Part shown: in pieces, positions 54,071 through 64,000 of the stretch
Layout: every line of letters begins with the position of its first letter
How positions within the stretch are numbered: the stretch's first letter is position 1
Assembly (NCBI GenBank): GCA_024704765.1
Contig: JAKMXF010000313.1
Span: 1-64,000 of the forward strand
Direction: 5' to 3'
Length of the DNA stretch: 64,000 bases
DNA from: Oopsacas minuta
Lineage: Eukaryota; Animalia; Porifera
Translations under genes and position numbers: made by a program
Notes under the pieces: model-generated
Told to the model about the DNA's origin: nothing
The model's database searches: none
What the model saw: the letters and a program-made list of their open reading frames with translations, nothing else

Positions 54071-55799
54071 GATACAGCTACATTACCATCGATGCTGGAA
54101 CATATCCAATGTAACTGTTCATCATGATGAATCTGTGAACTCGGAATTGGAGCCTTGATAAATTGGCGTTTCTAGAAAATAAGTTATAAAAATCGTACAA
54201 GCTGCCGTCCAAGGTCATAAATTTCCTTAAACCCAAACTTAATATTCTATTGACTATCGATATACTTGTCAGAATAGTGTATCTTGAAGACCTTTGACCT
54301 GAGGATAGTTGTTTTTCAAAATATCCTATTAAATGAAAAAGATACAAACATGCGCATATAGAAATATAAGATCAAATTATACTAGTTATTCCACTTACAC
54401 AGATGGCGTTCGTTGTAACGTCTGTGAGATATGTTAGAGTGTTTGACAACTCTACTAAACACCTTGATCTCGGACTTCATCTAAAATTCTGGAACCACCC
54501 ATATCAGAAAGGGGTGTGATTATGCAAGGAAGAGGGGGAGGCATGGAAGCAGAAAGAGGTAAGCTTAGGCTAGGAAGTGTGGAGGTTATATTATGAATTG
54601 GTGGAAGAATGACAGTGAGAAGAGGGGAGATTGGTCTAGCACCGGATAATTCTGCTATTTAAGATGTTACTGTTGGAAATATTGCTTCTGTGAGTAAATC
54701 TTGGCTCCAGGGAAACGTTATTCATTATACAGGTTGGTAGATTCATCGATATCACCACTATGCTGTAATTCTGAATATGAGAACTAAAATCTCTCGTTAC
54801 ATGTGAGCGTTCTCTCGTGGTGTCAGTTTGAGGGGAGGATGGTGGTGTTACTCCTTGAGTCGTATAGATTTTATGAGAATGAACAATTTTCAGCAAGGTT
54901 TCCTTAGAAAATTTCCGTGGCACTCTGGTAAACTCTACACTTGGCCACCATTTGGGTTTGAGGTGGTCTTTCCCCAGAAGTGACGATTTTCCCTATAAAA
55001 TACATAATATCAGTTCTTTCCAGAAAGATCACTTCAATATGACCGGGATATATTTAACAAGAGTATCCGTAAGTATGATTACCTTATTTACTGACTATAC
55101 TGAAAGTTGTAAATAAATTTCATATGTCAAGTCCGGTTTTAGCGCTTTCGAGCTTTCTTATATACATTTAAATCTTTTACACAAAGCGTACAATTATATA
55201 AATGATATAATTTAAGTCTAAAAGTAACGTACCCAGTTGACAGTGCACGATCCAAGAAATGAGTTTCCTTAAAGTTTCTACATTCATGGTGGAGAAATCT
55301 TTTTCTAACAGCGAATTCATTTCTTTATCCTAGACAGTTTAGAAAGATCATACCCACTGGCTTTAGTATAAGAAATAGATTACCAAATCTCCTATTTATT
55401 TTGCGAGACGTACTGTTTAAAAGAATCACATCCTAGTACTGTTAGGCTGCCTTCCCAAGTAAACACAACTCCGAACTGATTCTTTAATAACTTCCCTGTA
55501 ACACTCGAGAGTTTCCTTTGTGCATCTGAGTCATTATTTTGTGATTTGCTAGGTGAAAATGAAAAAAATTAAAATGATCTTTTTGATATAACACATTTTA
55601 TATATAAATAATCCTCATTAATTTTACACTTTAACTTAATGCGCATGAGCACTGGTATCAATTATCAATTGCGGCAGTGTAGCCAGCATTTTCTAACGAG
55701 GATTGGTCAAGAGATATCATATGATGATTATCAGAAATTGTCAGCAAGAAATTAAAATAATTTACCGTAAAGCTAGCTGTTAATCAAAGTAATCTTGCA

Positions 55800-56300
55800 G
55801 TTTTGATGGCTACCGAATTGCAGTAAGTGTAAGCATGACTTGTACACTTGACTTATACGTATGTGCACTGGAGCTAATCTGCATACGCACTCGACTTTTA
55901 ATACCTCAAATTTCCTTGCCCTAAGAAATACCAAAACTTCTAGAAATTTGGAGAATAATCAATCTTTGTATAGTCATGATGACGTAATAATTTCAGGATG
56001 AGTTTGCAATTGTTCAAGTGATGACGTCATGACTTTTAACATACTTTGGGGTACCTGTGATTCAAATTTCAACCATCTATCATTTATGTTGGCTGAGCAG
56101 TTGCTAATAATGTGATTTTTCAAACATCAACAAAGGTGATAATGACGACATAATTTCCTCAGGTGTGAAATTTCGTCGATGACTCTAACTTGTCCGAGCC
56201 AGGTCTAAATTACCCGTGTGCCAAAAATCAGCCCTTGGGGTCTTTCAGTTTTTCAATCAATTTCGAACATACAGACATTTATATACTTGTATATATCAAT
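55800..56300 (-). mobile_element. Helitron-like family B copy (reverse strand)
   Basis: Reverse complement of the head (TGTCTGTATGTTCGAAATTGATTGAAAAACTG) and of the internal GAAATTTGAATCACAGGTACC block; 3' end not resolved. Confidence 0.55.
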
Positions 56301-56759
56301 ATATACACTGGACCGTCATTGTTTTTCTGGAGGGTCGGGACCGTTCCAGACCGATAGCATAAACCTGGTCAATTCGTGTTCAGCCACCCTAAAGTTTTTG
56401 CTAGTTTTGGCGGAACATTAGCCTCAATAGCAAGGATGTATTGGGGAGGAACGCTGTTCCCTTACTTTCAATTCTAGGGGGATGGAAGGAGAACATGAAG
56501 GCGGTTCTCTATGGAAATATTTGGATTATTAAACTATATTTTTCAGTTCAGAATTTAGAGTTCAACGTTATACTCAATATTTTATTACCAAGTAATATAT
56601 TTTTGTATTATCCCATTTGTAAAAGTATCATTTACATGTGGAAATGCTTATGTTCCTTAGATTTTCAGCTAAAAGTACTAATATGATGGCATCCACTTTT
56701 TTACTTTGAATATTTCACATTTAGTGTATACGAGCCTTTGATTCGTCGCATTGCGCCTT

Positions 56760-57405
56760 GAGGTATTCAACGGACAAACAACAGACAAACAACAATTGAG
56801 ATTAAATAATATTGATTTTATTTACAATATTCAGACTCAGCATGCTCGAGTATACCAGTAGAGTCGTTGAAATTATGAGTCTACCTCAATTTAGAAATTT
56901 GTTTACTTTATATACCTAAAAGTAAACAAATATTGATAATATGTTGTTTACAATACCATATTCGGACTCAGCATACTCAATTATCCCAGTATAGTCGTTG
57001 TAAACATGATTCTACCTCAATTTTGGAATTTGTTTAATTTATATTCATAAAAACAACAATAAATTTACATATGAGAAACTTGAAAATGCGAAATTCGGAT
57101 TCAGCGTACTGTGTTACCCTGTGTAGCCGTTTAGAGCAAGCCCGTACGTTAGTTTTGAGATTTGGCAGATTTGTTTACATTATATACATAAAAACAACAA
57201 TAAATTTACAAGTGATTAATCCCAAAGTGTGAAAATCGGATTCAGCATGTTCGATACATTAGTGCAGTTTTATTGAATTATATTTATATCCTTGATAAAC
57301 ACGATAAATACTTAGTCATGCCACAATTTCAAAATTGCATACCGTAAATCCTTTCCTTGACAACGGACACACAAACAGACAACAATTGAAATTTAATAAT
57401 ATAGA
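56760..57405 (-). mobile_element. Helitron-like non-autonomous element(s) with two 5' heads and internal repeats of about 150 bp
   Basis: The minus strand reads TCTATATTATTAAATTTCAATTGTTGTCTGTTTG from 57405 and TCAATATTATTTAATCTCAATTGTTGTTTGTCTG from 56815; repeated GAAATTCGGATTCAGC units recur at 63760-64000. Confidence 0.5.
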
Positions 57406-58289
57406 TTTATACCTCGTATTTCATAAGATGTTAATGTAGACCACTACGACATCAAAAGGCGTTGACTATACCACATATTAGGCGCAAATTTAGTGGAAGA
57501 GGCAGGCTTTTTGAGCGTTCCCTTACCTTTATACTTAGGAATATACCCCTGCTCAACACATATCTGAAAAAGCGGGACAATCCTGGAATTCGCTGCTAAC
57601 TTCACACTCGTATTCAATGTAGACCTTTCATAACTTCATGAACAAACTAAACAGGATTTTATTCAAATCTGGTCTACTAATTAGGATCCCTATTGCAAGG
57701 AATCAAGGGGTAGATGAATTGGCAAAGTGGTTCTATTCATTGGATGGTGAGTCCTATGAAGCCTACTCTAAGTCTGAACTGAAATTGATTATCTTATGCC
57801 CCGAGATCGGGAACAATCGTACCGCGACCGGAATGCTAACAGAATAAATGATTTACGCGCCAACCTAAATCCTATTACGGCTAGTATGGTTCAGCTGAAT
57901 AAGAAAGTTGAGGAAAACTCGAATACATTTGACGGAACATTCTCGGATACCGAAACTCATTTGCTGGAGTAGTATCAGGAGGTATTTCTTGCGACCAACT
58001 ACGTTCTCTTCTTCAAGAAGAAGAAACAAAAAGGAAGCCGCCGTTTTTATATCAATATATAAAAGAGCCAAGGCATGGCATTTTAACAAACAGTATATTG
58101 AACCTTATATTAACTAAGGAGGGATCCCATCAATAACATTATTGTTAGACCTCCTTTGAAGGGTAATGACCACTTTATCTTATTCTTTGATTTTACATTA
58201 TGGTTTCACCAAAAGACAGTCTAGGATAGTATATCAACATCACAATACAAATGGCGCACATTTTGAAGATGAAAGGATAGATTTGAAAT

Positions 58290-58490
58290 TGATACTGATA
58301 AATCTGTTATTCAATTATGGAATGATTTTGTTCGAATTTCCTTGGTTTTGTTACCCCCATCTACGCGACCACCTAAGTCAAAATTCAGATCAATATTCTT
58401 TACAGAAAGAATAATTCAACAACTATGGAACAGTCTGCCAAACGATATTGTAACAGGACCTCACTCTCTACATTCAAAGGGGGGTTGGAC
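58290..58490 (+). mobile_element. 3' relic of a CR1/L2-like LINE ORF2
   Basis: FRSIFFTERIIQQLWNSLPNDIVTG matches the typical R.FF..R..WNSLP..V tail; the degraded upstream part is not confidently aligned. Confidence 0.55.
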
Positions 58491-58682
58491 CAATACTGTA
58501 CTAACGAAAGGAATTTATCAAAATGCTCATGTGATACCCCAACGGTTTTTGTCTTCCTCTATCAACACATTGACTTGTAACTGTTTATATTGTGCACCAA
58601 GCCCCAATTAGGGCAGTATTTAATCTTCTTTGTCTGTATATTTTAACTTTGCACTAAAATAATAATAATTATTAATATAAAT

Positions 58683-59348
58683 TCTATATTATTAAAACGC
58701 AATGAATCTATGTGTATGTGTGTGTGTGTGTATATTAATGTGTGTTTATATGTCTCGAATTGATTGAAGAAACTGGAAGCCTCCAGACTTGGTTTGGTAT
58801 ACACGGGTATTTCAGACCCGGCTTGGACAAATTCTAGTCTTGTACGAAAATTCACATCTATGACGAAATTATGACGTCATTGTCACCTTTTGGAATTTTC
58901 GAAAAAATCACATTATTAACCACTGCTCAGCCTATATACCCGCTAGATGGTTGAAATTTGAATCACAGGTACCCTCCAATGTGACAAATGTCTTGACGTC
59001 ATTATTCTTACCAAAAGCTAACTCATCATGGGATTATTCCGTCATAATGACTTTACAAAAAATCAAATTTCGATTAATTTCTTAATACACGATGCATAAA
59101 AGGCCCAGATTACTAACCAAAAGCGACATAGCATCTCCATTGTCACCACAGAAGCTCATTTAATGTAATTTGGATGGACCATGGATAATAAATTTTAAAT
59201 TTTACCTATTCCAAGAAATCGAGGCACGTAGTGCTGAGTATATTCTTTTGCGTAGCGACCAATAACACTATAAAATTTAGCTGTTTAGTACTTAAGCTAA
59301 TGGAGCATCAAGTTGTCCCGCAGCGACCTAGCAAGCGAAGCGCGTTAG
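58683..59348 (+). mobile_element. Full Helitron-like family B copy upstream of Chk1
   Basis: 5' TCTATATTATTAAAA followed by a (TG)n tract and the family head block; 3' CGCAGCGACCTAGCAAGCGAAGCGCGTTAG|T. Confidence 0.7.
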
Positions 59349-59572
59349 TGGCTCTTTCAATTGAAAGGTTGCCGATCCCTGATATTGTCTTCTTAATATT
59401 AAGTATATCTTTTAATATACCAAGTATTCAAGTTCTTGTAGTTTAAAATTATGATGGGCCCCACTACCTTAAATCCGGCCCTGCATAGCAGTGAGTGAAA
59501 CTAGCATACAACAGGCCTATGTATATGTATAGTAGGCTATGCCCAATTTTACCTACTTTTTGATTCAGATAA

Positions 59573-60943
59573 ATGGTTAGTGCTGAACCATTCATAGAAG
59601 GTTGGAATTTCATCCAGACATTAGGTGAAGGTGCATATGGAGAAGTGAAGTTAGCCGTAAATAATAAGCAGGATTATATTGCAGTCAAGATTATCAACAA
59701 TGGGCCTATGAACAGTGTACAGCCCGATTGTAAGCGAAATGAGATTGATACATTTATTCAAAAAGAAATAGCTATTCACAAAGCATTAAATTGTAAAAAT
59801 ATAATCCGATTCTTTGGAATGCGAAAGCAAACTGACCGAATCTATATATTTTTGGAGTACGTATCTGGAGGAGAGTTATTTGATCGTATTGAGCCAGATA
59901 TTGGTATACCTCGCAGCTTAGCACGTTTTTATTTCACACAACTTCTCACAGGCATTGAGTATATTCACTCAAAGGGAATTACTCATAGAGATATCAAACC
60001 TGAAAACATTCTATTCGATTCTCAAGATGTTTTGAAAATTTGTGACTTTGGTTTAGCCACAATGTTTCGCTTCCAGGGGAAAGAACGAAAGTTAACAAGA
60101 CGCTGTGGAACAATTTGCTATGTTGCTCCAGAAGTTATCCATTTTCCTTACGATGCTCAGCCTGCTGAGCTATGGTCATGTGGCATAGTATTATTTAGTT
60201 TATTCTTTGGTCAATTGCCTTGGGATGAACCTACGAACAGGGATCAAAATTATATGGATTGGGTTGAGGGTAACACAAGAGATAAAAAGATCTGGAGCAG
60301 ACTTGACAAAGAAGAACTATCACTATTCCGTGGAATTATTTCGATTGACCCTAAAGATAGATTGAATATAGAGGATATAAGGCAACATGGGTGGTTCAAT
60401 GAGAAATTGCCAAGTACTTCTAGCATAGATGTGATATCTGGCCTATCTGATGGCAGCATTGCATCGGACGGATCAACTCCCTGTACTCAACCCACCAAGA
60501 TGTTATCTACAGACCAGAATCCTGATTTCTCTTTTCACAAAGAGGTATTTCTCTCTCAGCCTATGTATACTGATGAAATATACTTAGGGACTCAATTCGC
60601 AACCCAGACCCGTCCTTCAGCTCAACAAACTATATCTAACTTTCTTACGAAGCGTCTGACCCGTATATTCTTGGATTTAGATTTGAAATCCACTATAAAT
60701 TCTCTCACAAAGATTTTATCTGAGCTCAGAATAGACTCAAAGTTGACTTCAGATCATTCTAATGCATGTATCCGAGTATTGACTACTGACTTGAGAGGTC
60801 AACTATTACAATTTAATCTATTGCTTTATAGTTTCTCCTTGTGCACAACTATGGTAGACTTTAGAAGAACGAAAGGAGATGCATTGGAGTTCAAAAGGAA
60901 GTTCAAGTTAATCGAGCATGCTGTTAAGGATGTTCAAACTTAG
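59573..60943 (+). CDS. CHEK1: Serine/threonine checkpoint kinase Chk1, single exon, 456 aa
   Basis: PFIEGWNFIQTLGEGAYGEVKLA, YIFLEYVSGGELFDRIEPDIG, HRDIKPEN, DFGLATMFR, PWDEP; regulatory TQ/SQ sites (CTQP, LSQP, GTQ); C-terminal KA1-like KRLTRIF..VDFRRTKGDALEFKRKF. Confidence 0.96.
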   Translation: MVSAEPFIEGWNFIQTLGEGAYGEVKLAVNNKQDYIAVKIINNGPMNSVQPDCKRNEIDTFIQKEIAIHKALNCKNIIRFFGMRKQTDRIYIFLEYVSGGELFDRIEPDIGIPRSLARFYFTQLLTGIEYIHSKGITHRDIKPENILFDSQDVLKICDFGLATMFRFQGKERKLTRRCGTICYVAPEVIHFPYDAQPAELWSCGIVLFSLFFGQLPWDEPTNRDQNYMDWVEGNTRDKKIWSRLDKEELSLFRGIISIDPKDRLNIEDIRQHGWFNEKLPSTSSIDVISGLSDGSIASDGSTPCTQPTKMLSTDQNPDFSFHKEVFLSQPMYTDEIYLGTQFATQTRPSAQQTISNFLTKRLTRIFLDLDLKSTINSLTKILSELRIDSKLTSDHSNACIRVLTTDLRGQLLQFNLLLYSFSLCTTMVDFRRTKGDALEFKRKFKLIEHAVKDVQT

Positions 60944-61391
60944 ATACTCCTCCTTTTCGAATTTTCTTTTGGAGTGATAGATTTTGGAATACTGTTGAAA
61001 TGCTTTAATTTAATTGAAATTATTTTCGTTTATGACACACGATTCATTTCTTAATTTAGTGTCACACTAGTTCTAATTTGCTGAGCCCTAATTAGATAGG
61101 CTTCAAATCTTCAATGCATAATGTGAAATAGACCATTGATCTTTTCAATAATTGCTGCTTCTATTGTCAGGATATGAGGTATTAAAAATTACTTAGCTCT
61201 TAGTTCAGCCCGCGGTGAAAGTACTTATGCGAGCGCTAGACTTATGTTATTGAAACATATTTTTAGTACTCACAAAGAAATCTTTTTGTGAGATTAGTAG
61301 TATCAATCTACAATGGTGCATTATTCACCTGTATTTTATGTTATATACCTTCCTTGTTTACATTGCATCTTATATACGTACGTACTACGTA

Positions 61392-61515
61392 CAGTGGAGT
61401 TCGCTTATTAGCGGGAAATGGAATTAATACAAAATCTCCACTTGGGAATTGAAACTACGTTGCTAATAAAGGAATATTGCTATTAAGCGAGTTATATTAT
61501 AAGCGAACTCCACTG
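61392..61515. mobile_element. pogo-type MITE
   Basis: TA|CAGTGGAGTTCGCTTAT ... ATAAGCGAACTCCACTG|TA. Confidence 0.85.
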
Positions 61516-62379
61516 TATATTATAATATGGAGAGAATCCTTAGCTTTAAGATCAATTTTCCCAATGTAAATTTAAATTTTAAATTAAGAAAGACAAATTT
61601 AATTAAAGAGAGAGTTTGTTCAATTTAAATCAGTCAGCCTCACTTCAGGGCCATGAGAATTCCGTGAGAAACAACTATGCTTGACTGCTTCACTTGACTT
61701 GAATAAAACCATACACCCAAGTAATCGAGTTCTTCCTCTGCTTGACTGCTTCACTTTAATGGAATATAACCAGAAGGCACAAAATCAGTCATGTTTCCTA
61801 AATGGCTTCAAATCGAAAATTATAAATACTACGTACTCCTAATGCTGATATTTATGCAAACCTCCAACATATATTATTTCTACCATTTCCAGACTGACAT
61901 AGCAACGCCAAAGGATACTTGTACTCATCTGTGAGGAAGTATGTGCAATTAACTGGGGAACAAATTGCGCTCATCTTCACCGAAAAGGGGAATATATCAG
62001 TGATTGGGAGAGAATCATTTAATTATTTTGTATCCGCTTACAGGAGGGAGATTCTAAGGACTATAATGAAATCTTCGAATACAACAGATTCACCTACTCT
62101 CCCAACTGGAATCGATGAATCAACAACAGCACTAGATCCCAACTTCTATTAAATTGATCGCTTGCGTAAACTAGTAGCGGATGCAGTGAAATCAATGTTA
62201 ATTACATCACTATTTTATGTTTAATAATGATAATTATTCATGTTAATTACCATTTTGATTAGATTAATAGAAGTATCCTTCGCTTTTTGACTGGTACGTA
62301 ATATGGTTGGTACAATTAAAATTTCTTATTCTTGTATAATATTACTGTTTTACATCAACAACGATTCTTGTCAGTATAT

Positions 62380-62760
62380 TGGCTTAAAAAGTATCGAGTG
62401 GTATAAAGATGTTCTCTACCTTCATGTACACTAATTGTGGGGAAATTCGCCTGAGTCTAGAGTAGAGTTGCTTACATCCTTGAGAGTTCACAACTTGAAT
62501 CTCTCTCATTGGAATGTTTCTCATAGAATAATCAGGATTGCACTTGTGATATACCGAATGAAAACGATCTACCAGGAAAGTTGTTTTGCGAAACAAATTT
62601 GGATCTCTAAAAGTAGTGAATGTTAATGAATAATGTATTATTCCATAAAATCTACTTTTGTTATAAAATACCTTATCAAGCACATGTTATGTAGATTACA
62701 GGCATTATCGTATATAATCTATGTTGGCTGATGTCGAAAACGTCCACAGCGCTGAAACAA
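62380..62760 (-). pseudogene. KDZ-like transposase C-terminal catalytic region in two exons, with a 65-nt GT-AG intron at 62607-62671
   Basis: Splicing gives IIYDNACNLHNMCLI-RDPNLFRKTTFLVDRFHSVYHKC..NSQGCKQLYSRLRRISPQLVYM; an in-frame stop lies just upstream of IIYD. Confidence 0.7.
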
Positions 62761-63759
62761 TATAAACAGATTGAGTCTCAGTTGCAACTGGTTGATGGGG
62801 CTACTCGCAATTATAAAACGCGCCCTTTTTCTGATATACTAACCGTTATTGTGGCACCTGAAATAATGGGTCTTGATTTCCTCCAGCAACCTCATGATTA
62901 TGCTGGCCATAAATGTGAGGAACGTACTTAACTCTCTTAAAAGATTTAGTTTATTGGCTTAACATGAATACAGACGTAAATATATATGTAAAATCGTGTG
63001 AAGCTTGTCAGGAAGCTAACTTCCTCTGGCAACTAAAGCTCCTTAATTAACACCTATTGGAAAACGTACCTCTTCAAAAACTGCAGTGTTTGAAACGTGG
63101 ATCTGATCAAAATTGGGATAAGTAAAAGTCTTGTTATAATCTTTTTGAATTAGCTAGTTATTACGGTATGTGTACCAAGTCAAAGAGCAAAAACAATGAT
63201 CGATTGATGTCAATAGGGTGAGGAACGGTATGTTTAAGATTCAGTCTGGAGAAAATAACTATAGATATATAATTATCTGTACCATAGCCTATAAAAGATA
63301 AGGCATGATCACTACTTTGGACCAGGGATAAGAGGAAGTGGATATATTTTGATGGGAAATTCTATAATCACCGATAATAAGAAAATGGTACATTTTCACC
63401 CGAGTAAATGTATTATTGATTTGTAGGAATTCACAAAACCACATTTGTGAAATTTTCAATTCGATGTGACATCATTTGTTAGCGTAATTGGCAAATGTAT
63501 ATTACAAACTGCTCCATCTTTGAACCATGTAGAACGTTAATTATTAATATATGTTTTAGATGTTGAAATACCAAATTATCTAAACCGTCCCTGTATAATA
63601 TAAGAATTTTTCATGATAATCTTCGCAGGTTTGAGTTATCACACAGACCATGGATGTCACATGTTTTGCCATTCCTCACATAACTCGATAATCGTGGAAA
63701 TTATGCTCAGACCAGGATAGCCATTTTATAGTATACACTCTATCTTTCAACTATTTTTT

Positions 63760-64000
63760 ACTTTATGTTCATAAAACAACAAATTTACATATAATTAACT
63801 TGAAAATGCGAAATTCAGATTCAGCGTAATTTGTTGTCCCAAAAGCTGTTAAAAGCAAGCCTCTGCCTATATTTTAAAAACTCAATTGTTTATATACTTT
63901 ATATTCATAAAAACAACAAAAAATTTACATATGATAAACTTAAAATGTGGAATTCAGATTCAGAGTACTTTGTTACCCCTATAAATCTGTTGAGCAAGGC
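63760..64000. repeat. Two repeat units of about 150 bp related to 56816-57350
   Basis: TTCATAAAACAACAA..TTTACATAT..GAAATTCAGATTCAG occurs twice; runs off the window end. Confidence 0.7.

Noticed and set aside
54400-55000. LINE endonuclease/RT fragment (ORF 54636-54923)
   Set aside because: A PKWWP-like motif is suggestive, but no core catalytic motifs were found.
59452-59483. Complete hAT MITE upstream of Chk1
   Set aside because: Only a right end (TTAAATCCGGCCCTG) is visible, with no matching left end or TSD.

Overview
AT-rich eukaryotic, most likely metazoan, DNA that is almost entirely a transposon graveyard, with one 11-N gap at 2257-2267. The species cannot be determined from sequence alone. 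The only clear host gene is an intronless Chk1 kinase (59573-60943, +). Recognisable mobile DNA includes Buster-type and BED-finger hAT elements with 8-bp TSDs, a DD37D (maT-like) and a DD37E Tc1/mariner element, a Chapaev3-like element, FLYWCH-MULE relics, a THAP/P-like deletion derivative, KDZ/CxC-like relics (one with a 65-nt intron), non-autonomous Helitrons and many MITEs. The most striking structure is large-scale inverted symmetry. (i) A 2.7-kb MULE palindrome (29356-32052) has essentially identical arms around a heavily decayed palindromic centre. (ii) A 4.26-kb hAT+spacer+THAP unit is duplicated in inverted orientation (32098-36366 / 39696-43955), with both breakpoints on the termini of two different transposon superfamilies. 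(iii) A foldback family is present twice, and each copy is interrupted near its centre by a different Buster hAT. All calls come from manual reading of sequence and motifs, with no database searches. Assembly or amplification artefacts cannot be excluded for the near-identical inverted duplications.
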